64,000 nt of DNA, taken from NCBI GenBank assembly GCA_965644295.1, contig CBFFRP010000394.1, positions 124,001-188,000 on the forward strand. Reading direction: 5' to 3'. A program made the position numbers and the translations under genes. This DNA comes from Paraphysomonas bandaiensis (Eukaryota; Protista; Chrysophyceae). The notes under the pieces were generated by a model. That model saw only the letters and a list, made by a program, of their open reading frames with translations, was not told the origin of the DNA and did no database searches. Below, one piece after another: positions 1 through 12,908 of this stretch. Numbering within the stretch: position 1 is the stretch's first letter; each line of letters begins with the position of its first letter.

Positions 1-857
1 TTCTTATCTGTGGATATAATATGCCCGGACTCGTTATGATAAGCGATATCAATTATAGGGAGGCCATACTGGTGCTCCTTCGTGTATAGCGGTGTGCTGG
101 AACGGATGTCGTATATAACACAGTTGCCGTCAGAGGAACCCAGACCGAGCGTAAGCCCATCAGTGTCGAATTTCAGAGCTGTGATCTCCGACGCCCCACG
201 TTGGGCCTGTGGAAGGCGTATGCGAGATACTGCAGTACGACTACGTAGATCCCAGAACTCGCATATACCCTCCTCCCCTCCACAGGCGAGAAGGGGATGT
301 ACAGGATTGATATGCAGTTTGTTGCACCCTGAATAGCTCATAGAGAATGGTTCTTTAAACATGCCAGTCTCAAGATTCAGTCGATACACTTCATCACCAC
401 ATGCTCCAACAAAGAGATCGCATGAACTCCAATGATACTGTAAATCTCTCCCAAACTTCGGTATTCTAACACTGTAATGCGTTCCATAGGGGGCATGGAA
501 ATTAAGATTCCGGTCAGTCTGTAAAAACACTAATTTGCCGAAGTTATCAGACAGACATTCAAACGCCACAACTTCAGCATTAAGTCCTCTCTGAAACTTT
601 AATGCCATATCAGACACTGTGTAGCACTTAACTACCGGTGGGTACGTCCCGGTGGCAATAATATGCTCTCCATCTTTCGTCATCTTTAAACATTGTGTGG
701 CTGTTGGCATCTCAAAGTCTTGAATCAATTCAAGACGACGTCTATAATCCTCATCTTTTGCTAATGCTCGTTTCTTACGTTCTGATAGAAAGAGTGGAAG
801 TGTTTTATTATTAGATAAATTATATACTTTGCATCCATTAAAGGTCGCCACTTTCAT
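1..857 (-). CDS. NOL10: Nucleolar protein 10 / Enp2 (WD40, SSU processome), N-terminal part; runs off the window start
   Basis: Manual minus-strand translation from ATG 857: MKVATFNGCKVYNLS...LPLFLSERKKRALAKDEDYRRRLELIQDFEMPTA...GTYPP...LVFLQTDR...FHAPYGTHYSVRIPKFGRDL...HQYGLPI, the NOL10/Enp2 N-terminus. Absent from the ORF track because it has no stop in the window. Confidence 0.93.
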   Translation of the reverse strand, partial: MKVATFNGCKVYNLSNNKTLPLFLSERKKRALAKDEDYRRRLELIQDFEMPTATQCLKMTKDGEHIIATGTYPPVVKCYTVSDMALKFQRGLNAEVVAFECLSDNFGKLVFLQTDRNLNFHAPYGTHYSVRIPKFGRDLQYHWSSCDLFVGACGDEVYRLNLETGMFKEPFSMSYSGCNKLHINPVHPLLACGGEEGICEFWDLRSRTAVSRIRLPQAQRGASEITALKFDTDGLTLGLGSSDGNCVIYDIRSSTPLYTKEHQYGLPIIDIAYHNESGHIISTDK

Positions 858-1159
858 GTTGGAATATGAAGAGAATTGATAGGGATCAGTGTGTGTAGTG
901 GGAGTGGATAGTTATGTTAATATATGGAGTTTGTGGTGTGTTGAGGTTACGATGATGATAATAGTGAGAATAATGGACGGCTGGGTAGAGTATGTATACA
1001 TATATAGTGTAGAGGTGGAAGTATAGTGGAGTTATGTATAGTATAGAGGTGCATACACTTCCTTCCATTCATATTTGTTGGTTATATGATCGAATAGGAG
1101 GAAAGTATCTCGATTTATACTACTATGATTGGTTTAGAGAGAATGGAGATCACATTGTA

Positions 1160-1179
1160 TACTGCTGTACACTGCTGTA
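1160..1179. promoter_or_regulatory. Candidate promoter motif (T)ACTGCTGTA, two copies; also at 9956, 15057(rc), 15443, 46524, 50561(rc)
   Basis: Exact matches seen in the five head-to-head intergenic regions; none noticed elsewhere by eye. Confidence 0.5.
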
Positions 1180-1517
1180 TGAGGATGAAGTGAAGTACTG
1201 TGTACTCATACCATACAACATTACGAAAACCCATATTTTTAACACATGGAAAACTTGAATCTACAGTACAGTATATGGTGATCCAAATATATTTTAGTAA
1301 AAGTGGGATATTTCTAGGATAAAATTAGCAGATACGATATTCGTAGTAGATATGTAGAATGTCCATCGATAGGTACAGCAGCAGTATACATATATATACA
1401 GAGTATGTCTAGATTGGAATAGGCAGGTACAACAATATGAGTACATGTCTTGGAAGTACATGTAGATAGGAATGATATACCATCCCATCACATTAATATC
1501 ACATTAACTAAACTATC

Positions 1518-3411
1518 ATGACAATACACCATATTCTTACCCGTTCCTCTCATATCCCTCGATTAACACGTTCATTCTCATCACGTCCTCCTCTTATCAT
1601 TCGTATTGCTCTGGTGGGTTCAACAGTAACACTCGCCACACCTCTATTCACAATAGCCGGTATCACCGTACAACACACATGATATTATATATAACTACTC
1701 ACAGGTGTTGCACGAGTATGGCAATCAATTCTACCAAAAACATTAATGGGACAATATGCAAAAACTGCTGTAGCTACACTCATAGGCGGTGGAGTGGTCA
1801 CACTAACATATCACTATGTATGGCCTGCATTGCGTGATTATGCAGATATGGTATTGCCTTTTGCTCTTAGCAATGGTGTAGCATGTATGTGCTGGCAGGC
1901 TGTATTTGAGGGGATATTCGGATTGGAAGTTCTTCTCGGTGCATCTCAGCTGTCGAACATGAAGAGTTTATTCCCGTATCTGTCGTCTATGCCGATGTTT
2001 CGAGGGATGAGCGCGGCATTGTCCAACCTTCCTCTAGGAGGGGCTACTATAGGTGTGTTGACAGCGCTTACAGCCCCGCTTCTGTGGCCAATTGCAACAG
2101 ACCTACTGTGGGATCGAGATGTAAAGAAGCTGGTTCTGGATGGTGACAGCATGCTGTGGGTGCAGGACATATACTACTCACTTGTTGCGGTAGCCGTTCC
2201 AGTGGGTTTTTTCTCAGGTAAATTGTATTTGTGATTTTTGTATCATAATCCACTTACCATGTTCATAGGTGTTGCACTGCATAGTGTTCTTCAGCCGGTC
2301 GTAATGGGTGTACCGGGATATCCGTGGACAAGTATCTCTCTCCCCCTGCTGATTGGTGTAAGCGCACTCAGTGTTGTGCTCTATAGTCCCGCTGCCTTTC
2401 TTGGCAAAGGCCTTCATATGAAAGATTTTTTTTGGGTAGCGCGAGTAGACCCTACAACTGGGGAGAATGTCAGTGTGAATTTGTATACTACGGAAAGTGT
2501 TCCTGGTCACACTTCAGCAATGCTCTCTCAGGCATCCCGCGGTGCAATTGAGGTATGTATCTGTCTATTACCAGCTGTTGAAGTTATAATTCTTTTAGAC
2601 AATGCATTTATTTCGTGATCCTTTCAAGCGAGTGAGAAAGGCGATAGGTGCGGGATCCACTACTACCACTTCATCTGCGGACCAATCTCAAATGCGGGAT
2701 TTAAGCAAAATCATTATCCCTACCACATCCAAGCAAACTGGTGGTGCAGAAAAGCCCTCTCAGTACATGTCTGCGGAAGATGTTCAGTCTCTGCAAGCGA
2801 TGTATGAGCTGCTGGATATGTTGCTGCGCAGAAGATTCTTACTTGATCTGACTCCTGCTGCAGTGGAACAGTGTGATGATGACGAGACAAAGCGAGGAAT
2901 GCGGGCTGCTTTGGTAAACAAAAAGGAACAGCTGAATGAACTCTCGGCTAGGGCAAAAGAAAAGTTTGGAATTCCCGATTTGGCGAGAATGCACAAAGAT
3001 ATCGACATTGCATGTCTCGCTAATAGAAGGTTGAGTAGAAATGCGAAAGATGCTTCTTCGGTGGAAGCAAGGAACAAAGATTCGAATTTGCTCGCCGCTG
3101 CACAAAACAGACTGTTTTCAGATGTTAAAGTTGGTGGCACTGTTCTCACAGCTAAAGAAATTAGCTCAAACCCTGGAGGTACAGCTGTTGTTTTACTTAC
3201 GCAGAATTTATCTCTAGTAGAAAGGGAAATGTTAGAAAACCTAAATTTTGTGTACGGATGTGGTGACAATGAGAAAGAAGAAAAGGTCATATCGGAATAT
3301 CACACTGCCACCTTTATTGAATCTGTCACTCGAACCTCAATGTGGGCTGTTGCAATTTCACTTCCACTGTATGCGCTATATTATATGGTGAAATCTAAGT
3401 CAGACTCGTAA
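1518..3411 (+). CDS. Multi-exon hypothetical multi-pass membrane protein, possible mitochondrial presequence
   Basis: ATG 1518 gives MTIHHILTRSSHIPRLTRSFSSRPP (Arg/Ser-rich, no acidic residues). ORFs 1746-2234, 2238-2618 and 2602-3411 join through short GT-AG introns (~1660-1704, ~2218-2268, ~2553-2600). Several hydrophobic segments. Confidence 0.65.
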
Positions 3412-3907
3412 ATCTACCCCTGTCACATATATTCGCGATAATCGGTATTTCATAATTTGCGTTGTTATATATTAATAATACTAGCAGTACAAATTTAAAG
3501 TATCCGCATTCGTCGTTATTTTTCAATTGCACTGTCGGATATACATCTGCAGTCTTATTATATCATTGTCGTTAAATCGATCACACTTTATTCATTTTCT
3601 AAAAGTGGGAGAAGTATATACTATCAGTTTAGTATGGTGGGTACATCGGTGTGTAAGTGCAAGTTTTACAGGCCTGACTAGTATATAAAATACTATTACA
3701 GTGTGTCACAAATGTCAAATAGTATTAAAATATAACCAACAACGCCTACACATACGTATCACCGTATACACTTTGGACATATTGGAATGGGTAAAGTTAA
3801 ATATCTGAATGGTGAACTCACACAGCAATTATTATTACTACGGTCAAAACAAGAGTTATAAGTAAAATATACAGAACATTCAATATCTACATATCACTTA
3901 AGACACA

Positions 3908-6900
3908 TCACGTCCCAGTCGTTGAGTCACGATTACGCAATAACCATGACTGAATTTTAGATTGTCTCTTCTGATCTGATTTGGAAAACTGTAAAGACTG
4001 ACTACTCATAACTCTAAGACGGTCTGCTGGATTAGATAGCGACGACATTCCACTTGAAGCTTCACTGCCATCGTCGCTTTTATCATCTTGGGCAGCTTTC
4101 TCGTCGTCAATAATCCTGCTATCAGATGTCTGGAAGCTAACAGATGCTAAAGTCGTGTCAACCCTTCTTGTTTTCGGTTTGCGTTTCTTGTCATCGAAGG
4201 AATCATCACTAGACTCTTCTTCGCTGGACACTGCAAAGGGGTCTTCTACGCCAGCCATATGGTCATCACCCCATTCAAGTGCTTCATCTTCGTCCACTTT
4301 TTTAGCCTGTTTTTCAAAAAAAGTAGATATCTGATCTGACGCAATCATTCGATACATCTTGTTTCGCTGTTTAATGGAAATGTTCCTCTTCTTTCTTGCC
4401 TCTTTCTGTTGACGCTTGAATTTAATCTTTGCGGCCTTTTTCGGGTCGACAAGAGCCAAGACATCAAGAGACATTTTCTGCTCATCTTCCGACATCATAA
4501 CATTTCCCTTTCTTGTATTTTTGACACCCTTGAACTCCTCCAGTCTCTTCTGTAGCTTTTCAGCCTCTACCTTCTTGTGATAGACACTGCGGTGCTCATC
4601 AAGCTCTGATAATGATTTTGTCAAGCTTTCCTTAACGTCACCCAAAGGCAAAACGGTAAACAACTCCATCACGCGCTCAACATGAATGTTTGTTCGCTCT
4701 TTTTCTGTAAGTAAGTCGAGGAGAAGGTATATTGCCTCTTTGTACTGCTGACTATCGTCATCTCCAAGGTCATCTAAATTATTTGTCATTCTTAAAGAAG
4801 TCATGTAGTTCACAAAGAGCAGAATAAACGCAGCAGGAGATTGTGGGAGGACTTTCTCTCTCACAACCTTACGCGCCTCAACAGCTTTCTCCGCAGTCGT
4901 ATGCAGAATTTCCTGTAAGTGATACAACAGTAAGCATACGATATACAACAAAAAACTGCGCGACCTCTTCGTTAAGTCCTGCCACTTGCAGTAAAAACTC
5001 ATCTGCCTGTTTCTTATTCTCAGTTATGTGTATCTGCACATAGAATCATTAACATATCGACTTAATCACGCAAGTACGGTACACCTCAGCACCAATTGCA
5101 TCCTCCAAATGTTGAAAAGCGATTCTTGAGCTCTGTCGAAGCAAAGCAGTCGCCTCAGCAACACGCATCGGAACCGACCGAGAAATTTCTAACATCACGC
5201 AAGCAACATCATTTTGGCAAACTGCCAATTTAAGCATTTCAGGGTAGCGAGCATCACGTAAATCTAGAATGTGCTTCCACATCGCAACTATTTCGTCGAT
5301 ATCTTTCTGAGATTGTTTCTCTTCACGAGCTCCAACCAAAGCTGAGTAGGCCTCACCAAAGAGAGTTTTCTCTTCTTCGTCACGAACCAATTGAACATTA
5401 GCCGCCTCCCATTGCCTGCGGCGCTCTTTCTCTTCTTCATCAAGTTCTCGACGTAGCCGCTCCCTTTCGATGGCATTCATGGCTGCATTCTTTCTGTTCA
5501 TTGCTCGCTCGTATTTGTCTTTCGCTTTCTGTCGTGCCACAGAGAGTTCGCCAAGACCGGGAGGCAAGAACGGCACGAAATCTACTCCAGTCATAGATAT
5601 TTTTATTCCAGACTCATTTGTGCCAAAACCAATTTGATGTATACCATCTCCGTAGAGTCGGAATGCATCATAAAATGCTAAGAAATGGGCACCGCACAAG
5701 TGAACACTGTCTTCTAATTGCGCTGATAGACTAGCAGCTCTCTTCTCGCAATTTATCTTTTTCGTCTGTAGATTTTCCCGTTCAGTTCTTGTTAGCCTCT
5801 CAGATCCACTTAAACGCCTGTATATAGCTGCCGCCCCTGCTAGTCGTTGGTTAATTTCGTCCACCATCAACGTTTTCGAAGCAGTGTACGCTATTAAACG
5901 AGGTAGTACATCGTTTAACTCAGTGTCCCACTTCTCTATTTCAGGATGTCGCGGTTCCAGTGGTTGGCATTTCTCGTGTTCTGGAGAGGAATCATCATCA
6001 ATAGCCTTGACTACGGCATTCTTGTAAAAAATTTGAAACATATCGATCACTTTTTTTCTGGTGGACGAATCGCCAACCTCTTTGTCCACAGTACCAGCCT
6101 CAACGTCAACACTTTCATCTGTAGCAGCTGTAGCAGCGGAATCAACTTGGCTTGTCTGCGCAGTTTTTGCTGTGGCTTCGTCGTCTGAATCGTGTTCCAC
6201 TTCAGGTTTCTCTTCTGGTGTGTGTAACTTCTCGAAAACACTTTCATAGTTAGGATATTTTCCGAACTTATTTTTGCAATTTTGTCTGAGCGAAGGCACG
6301 AGACCGTCAGAGCCATCAGCTAACCAGGCACATGTCGAGTTTATAGTATGAGCTAGCCACCCTGGCATCTCAATCCCGTCACAAAAAGATTTTAACTGTG
6401 GGATTTTGTTCCATCGCAAGAGTGCAGACATTTCAGAGAGCCTAGAGAATGTGCCTGTCAAAAGAAACTCTGACGTCGAGGAAATGGTTCCAAGTATTCG
6501 TTTCAAAGTCATTTGAGCCAATGTATTTTTCTCGAGTATAGAGAATAAGGAATGCACCGCATCTGCTTCATACTCCAGTCGAACCTCAAGTTCACCTTGA
6601 AGGTCTCTACTTATACTTCCTATCCCAAGTCTAGCAATATCTTGAGCAAGTCTTCCATACTTCTCATAGTATGCTATCAACCCTTCCACAGTGAGACAGT
6701 ACTGACTGTCCACGTGAAGATTTTCAGCAGCCGTTAGCGCTTTATACGCTTTCATGTCGTAAAGCGCCTCCGCTCCAGTGGCAATTAGAAATTTATTCAT
6801 TTCCAAGAGAGAGAGACCACCATCACCGTCTTCGTCAAATATCTGGAATATTCTGCGCACCATCTCTGCACCAAACCCAGACATTTCTCCGTAGCCAACT

Positions 6901-9639
6901 AATTCCGCCTGTCGCTTGAAAGCATCTTGTACACGTACAATCAATTCTGCTCGGTTCCCTTTGTCACTTAAACCACGCATAGACAAATGTTCTCGCAACT
7001 GTTCAGTCGTCATTTTCGGTGCACTTTCAATCGCATCCTGTGCAGCCTTCTGTCTCTTGCGACACATTTTTGCAAAGCGTAGAGGATTCATTCCTTCTTC
7101 GCCTAACTCATCTTCCTGAGGCCCGAAAAGCTTCTGATGAAACATATCAAATTCGCTGCTCTCTTCATAGAGATCATCAAAACTTTTAAACAGACGCAGA
7201 TGGCAGCGAAGATTCCGCATCATCCTAGTAAACAATATATTGACTGCCTCAATCTGATCCTCGGTCCACTTCAATGGGTCACGCTGGTGCAATAACGCCA
7301 CGACAATAATTCGTGGATATATCACTTCGCGCTTTGTTTTGTTCGGTGAAGACGGCTTCATAATCTCTTCCATATCTACTGGAACAGCTACTGGCTCAAT
7401 GTAAAACATTTGTCCTTTCGTGGACGTGTAGAGCTCATGTCTGTAATCTAGTGGAATAGACTCGAAAAAATTTGTTGCAGTTTTCAGTAGACAGTAAGCT
7501 TGCTCAGAGGTAGCCTCTTGTGCAACCTGGAAAGCAAACCAGCATATAGACCCCGACACATGGCTGCGGTCGGGTGGATTACTGGAACTAGATATAGTGA
7601 GTCCAGCAGCTCGCGCAGCTTCGTTCGCAGCTGCGGTTGCCATTTCAGATGCAGACAGCTCAACAACATATCCAACTTTATCGAAGTGACACATGAGGTC
7701 GCCTGCATTCAGAGTATCGAAGTCCCGAAGAATACCGTCTGATCCAACTAAAGGGTCCCGCTTTTTACCCTCCGGACGAGTGAAACATTCCACTGATATC
7801 CGTGTTTTCCAGTTTATTTTTTCTTCTGGTGCTTTTTTTTCGGGATCATCATGTGAAGTATTCCTCCTTGATTTGTCTATACTCTTTAGTCGCTTGGCGA
7901 TTGGAGGGCCAAATGATCCCAGGAAAGAAACCTTGCTAGGGTTTTCCGTGTGTCGGTGTCTTTGCCATGCAGACAGCCTAATGGACCCTTTAACCACCTT
8001 CTCGAAGGTGCTTTGTCCAAGGATATTCACGTTCTTAGTTGCAGTCCCCCCACCAATGGACGATGAGACCTGACGAAGTACAGAACTCTTCGATCGAAGA
8101 GGTTGTTTTTCTTTCGGGCGCATGTCTTCCAGCTTTTGGCGGAATCGTTCAACTTCTTTGCAACAGGAATCTTGTTTCAGTATGCGCCTGAACCACGACT
8201 GGCCCCACTCCAAAGTTTCGAGGATTTTTTCTCTATAGCTGAACAGCTCGCTACGCCATCCCGGCACCTCCTTGGGTGGAGGGTTTACCTGATATCGTCG
8301 CAACCAAGTAAGAAGGTCATGTACACTGTGACGTCCTAGTAAACTGGTAGGAAGATTATTTAGACATAGCAAAGCGTGCTCGTCTGGTATCGCAATGCCT
8401 GCAGCCTCAAGCACATCGAGTAGAGTGTCAAGGTCAAGCTTGACAAGTCCATCCTTGGCTTGGTCGAGAGTTCCCCACTTGAACAAGATAGCGTCCTGTA
8501 TGGCCTGTTCTGACCCTCCACCCCCAGTCATGGTTGCAGGTTTACAACCACGAGAGAATACGCCATTATCAACAGTCAGCGGCTCATCGTCGTCGTCATC
8601 ATCCTCTGCTCCTTGTCGGGCACGTTGCTGCCGCCGCTCACGTTGTTGCTCCTCCCTTCACTTCGTTAATAATTCAGAACAAAAGAAAAGCACTTACTTT
8701 GTAAGTACAACTTTCGCTGTCTTTGAAGAATTTTCCTCTCCAGCTGAAACTATAGGGCCTATAGCATGGTCACAACGTCGAGCAATTTAAACTCACGACT
8801 ACCTTTCTTTGTAAAGTTTCCGAGCAACTTTTCCGTTAGCCTCACGAGATGTGCGTCTCCACCTCGTTCTGACTGGAAGACCTCTGTGTCCTCTCGCTTG
8901 CTATGTACCGCAATCTCGACCTGTCCTAGCTCTGCCTCCACCTCCGCTAGTTCCTTCAGTAACTCTGCCCGTTGCTCAATCAACTTCGACGAATCCTGCA
9001 CCACAATAAGGGTTCCTAAATTTGCGAAGTAGGTGCGGGCTTTGTCGTCAACTAGCAAGTATGGGCGCAAATCCCTGACGTGAATCTCTCCACTTTCACT
9101 TAAAATAACTCCTTCTCTTGTGAAGGCCTCTCTTGCCATTCGGTTAATAGTTTTCATTGGAACCTGCATTATTCTTTTAAAATTTGAGAACCCCCTCGTC
9201 GCACAACGCATCTGCAGAATCAAATCAACTTCGCTGATATATTCGTCATGATTTAAATCCGCAAGATAAAACAGGAAATTAAGCTTCTCTGTAGCAGTTG
9301 CATTTGAAGCTAGTGCAAGTGCGCCCCACACATCAGCAGCTGGAACAAACCCAACCATATCGGGATCAAATACTTGAAATAAATGATATGTACTTATATC
9401 ATCTAATTCAAATGCCCATTGTAACTGTTGACGGCTCATAAATACATTATCTTTATGATATCTATCCAGTGTCCTCTCAAATCTGTATATCTTTGCTTGG
9501 ACTTGAATCTACATACATCATATATATATATATACATATCAGCACATCGGATTATATATATAAGTATGTATACCAAATCAAGATTTGCAAAACTACGAAC
9601 GTTATTTGGAAATGGTCCAACACTATATTGAGATCCCAT
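3908..9639 (-). CDS. Large multi-exon EF-hand protein with N-myristoylation motif, SAP domain and coiled coils
   Basis: Exon 1 (ATG 9639, MGSQYSVGPFPNNVRSFANLDL) splices in frame through an intron at ~9509-9573 into ORF 8759-9439. That ORF has NCS/CBL-like EF hands (FQVFDPDMVGFV, ADLNHDEYISEVDL). ORF 5049-8531 has a SAP motif (MTTEQLREHLSMRGLSDKGNRAELIVRVQDAF) and an EF hand (FDEDGDGGLSLLE). Last ORF is 3908-5002. Confidence 0.75.
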
Positions 9640-10232
9640 GTATGTATGTATGGATGGATGGATGGATGATCCACTAGGCAGATATATGCAGAGTATTAAC
9701 TTATGAAGGTATGGAATAAAGATGTGAATGAAATGTTCATCTTATGAATGTGTTTTAATATCCATGTATAGCATGAGAACTCATGAGAGGTTCTGTGATA
9801 TGATATATATATATATACATACATACATGATCATCTTAAGTTTAAATATATATGAAACTGTAAGTATAAGAGATAGATGGACTACCCGTAACCGGATCGT
9901 GATCCGTTAAGGGTTATTTACACGGATAGTATATGGTATGGGTTGGTATGGTATGTACTGCTGTATGTGGTACTGTACAGTAGCATGTATTTATATGTAT
10001 GTATATACCACTCATACTACATGCTTGTAGTGTATAAGGTCGTTAACTGTAGCAGTCACTGGCTATAACTATTAAACTCATCCATATCCCTCACTATATG
10101 CTCAACTATCGATTATCTTCTCACATCATATTCATCTACATGTTCTCATCACCCCAATAGACTATTAGCCTTATACATTCCCCTTATAGTTGTGTTTAGA
10201 TATGATATTAAAGTAGATATCAACGTTGTACT

Positions 10233-12342
10233 ATGCGTATGTTTATAGCTGTATATCTCATCACATTGCTAATTGCATTGTCGAATGCATATGTATCTGG
10301 TGGGGTGAGAGGTGGTGTTACACCAACAAATGAAATTCAATCGGCCATAACTCAATGGGAGTTATTGTGGAGTGAGGATAATAAGAGGGTCAATGTATCA
10401 TCTAATAATGACCCTTCATGTGTATCAAATGCTATTGTAACGTTTATTATTCCGACCAAGTTTCGGCCCTCATTGCGCGATACGTTAGATTCACTTATCG
10501 ACCAACGTAGTTGTCATTGGAGGGCTATTGTTGTATTTTATACAGATAAGGACAGTGTTGATCACCCTGCCGGCAAACTACGAGACAAGCCTCCACTACA
10601 TCATTATATGCTCCCTATGTATCAGATACTTGATGAACGCATACAATTTTTGGGTTCTGATGCCTCAAGTAAAGAAAATTTTGCTGGGAATTTACGAAAT
10701 GATGGTTTCGCACATGTCGAAACTGATTGGATTGGATTCGTTGATGACGATGATACTCTGGTACAATCTTATGTTCATAAACTCAAGTATGAAGCTATAG
10801 TATCTCCGGCTGCTGATGTGATCATATTTCGAATGTTGTGCTCTACGTGCTTCAGTTTAGTCATACCGCCTGCAGAGCATGTTGATATAGTCCCGGACTA
10901 TGTTGGTATCAGCTTCGCATTGAAGAGACATTTAGTTAAGCCTTTTGGTCGGCATGCCTTTACGGCAGGTGGTGCCGAGGACTTCTGTATGCTTTTTGAT
11001 TTGCGTAACAGTGGTACTAACATGATTATGTCACCAGCCATTGGATATCTTGTGAAAGGGCCTAAGCCTCAGTACAGCAGCATGTTGACAAACTTTACAG
11101 CAAGTCGTCGGGTGATTGAGTTCACTGGTCCTCCTCTTGTACCGCCAGACACATGCTTAACTGACGCCAATAAATCGCGCACGCCGTTCCTGTATCCTGA
11201 TGTAGATAGTACGATGTTTGGGGCAAATGTTGTGGGTGCAAACCGCTCTATATTGGCCGCCGCGCATAAGGGCTGCATGACACCATTCCTGTGGCGAAAT
11301 CCCGTCAAGATATACTTCTCAATCAATACGCCAATCACACCAGGTCCTTATATTCAGGTGCTATACTATCTATTATCAAATCCTGTCTAATTGAACTACA
11401 GGTCCAAATGAACCATATCACCAGCAACCCGGTTTCCTCGGGTCGGTGGACGGCATTCTCGTCGTCATACATTCGCCGGCTGCAAAACGCGGTGCAGGTG
11501 TGGACTGTTGTACCTTCGCACTACCACTTTATGAAGACCTACCTGAAAATAGAGCATACATTTTTTGTTCCCATGTGGCTCATGACAGATATTAGTAGAA
11601 CATCGGAGAGAGTGTGTGCGAGTGGTGTCTCTCGCTCACAATGCTCTCCAGTAATAGCTGAGCATGTTGGCTCTCTGCCAACCTTTGTGAACGATTCCAA
11701 TGTAGAATCTGCCCTGAGTTTGTGTACCTTATATCCACGCGGATGTCCCACAAGTGTTGGCGCGGATCACATCCCCGGCGCGACTTATATGCCGTGCACG
11801 CTGCCAAAGGTGCTCATGTTTGGATCACTCACGACAAGCAACGACAACAGAAGATTGAAACTCTGTCTGATGCTGAAGCGTAGTGTGCCAGATTTCGACT
11901 GCTTTCAAACCGTTTTCGGTTATGCATTAGATAGTTTGATTTGCAGTGCAGATGTGATTATACTCGACGGATACTTTCGCAGCGATACATCGTATGCGTA
12001 TACGGTGGACACATTGCTGCTGATGGGTAAAGTTGTGATTTCCACAGAGAATCAAGGTATGTTATTCATCTTGAAGGATTTTTTTCTGATATTTCCACAG
12101 ATGCAGAAATACAAGCTATGTATGCTGATAGCGTAGTCTTCGTGAAATCCGTCGCTGAACTGCCATATACAATCCGAAATATCATGTCTAAACCTGATGT
12201 CATGTATCAGCTACAAAATCGTGGAAGAGAATTCGTGCTGAAACAGGTAAGGTATTGCTATATGGTGGACTTATGTCTCATTTATTGAATTCAGTCGAAA
12301 CAGTTAGCTCCGCTCTGTAGGGCACTGTCCAGTGTGGGCTAG
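10233..12342 (+). CDS. Secretory-pathway glycosyltransferase: GT2-like (GT-A) domain plus a second GT-like C-terminal domain
   Basis: N-terminal hydrophobic signal; VTFIIPT..RPSLRDTLDSL, AGNLRNDG, WIGFVDDDD (DxD) and GGAEDF motifs. Introns at ~11359-11401, ~12057-12100 and ~12247-12294; stop TAG 12340-12342. Confidence 0.75.
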
Positions 12343-12908
12343 CTTGGCTTATCCAGTGCATCAGTAATGTGCATACTACTTATCGTATTCTACAACTAGT
12401 CGATTTAGCACTTTGAGAATATTTCTAGCACTACAATCAGAGTCTACTAGCAATTTCATTAGTTACCGGAAAATTGATTTTCGTTTGCTACTAAAAGTAA
12501 TTTATGTATTTTTGATTTATTTAAGCCTTCATAGTTTCTCTACTGCGTAAATTTATAATGTCCACACATTTTAGATACACCAGGAACTCTTGTTGAAATA
12601 GCATATACTAAGAGCATAGTTTCATTATTTAAATCAACTCTACACTTTAACTTAAAATAGCTAAGAGGTCGTAGTTAGCCAGTACTGCTAATCTGCGAAC
12701 CTGCTGTCGGCAATACAGTTATTCCCAATATTCTACATTTTCCAACCCCGATCTACGATCATAAGGAATTAAGAGTAATATAGTAATCAATCTCTACACC
12801 TAACCTCTAAGCAATTGTAATCATATCACTAATGATATCAGCAGTGCATATTATCGCCAAATTGCACTGACAATCACTACATATGAAAGTCCTTCCAATG
12901 AAAAAAGA

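Noticed and set aside
82-336. 84-aa plus-strand ORF and similar short ORFs antisense to ATAD3, VPS13, Copia and SQD1
   Set aside because: They overlap well-supported genes on the other strand or frame and have no recognisable motifs.
886-1491. Short Tyr/Ile-rich ORFs in divergent spacers (also 9428-9910, 46195-46751, 50363-50712)
   Set aside because: Products of TA/CA-rich low-complexity promoter or intron sequence; only the first 22 codons of ORF 9436-9639 are used, as an exon.
12591-12850. Possible solo LTR starting TGTTGAAATA
   Set aside because: No matching end, TSD or second copy found.
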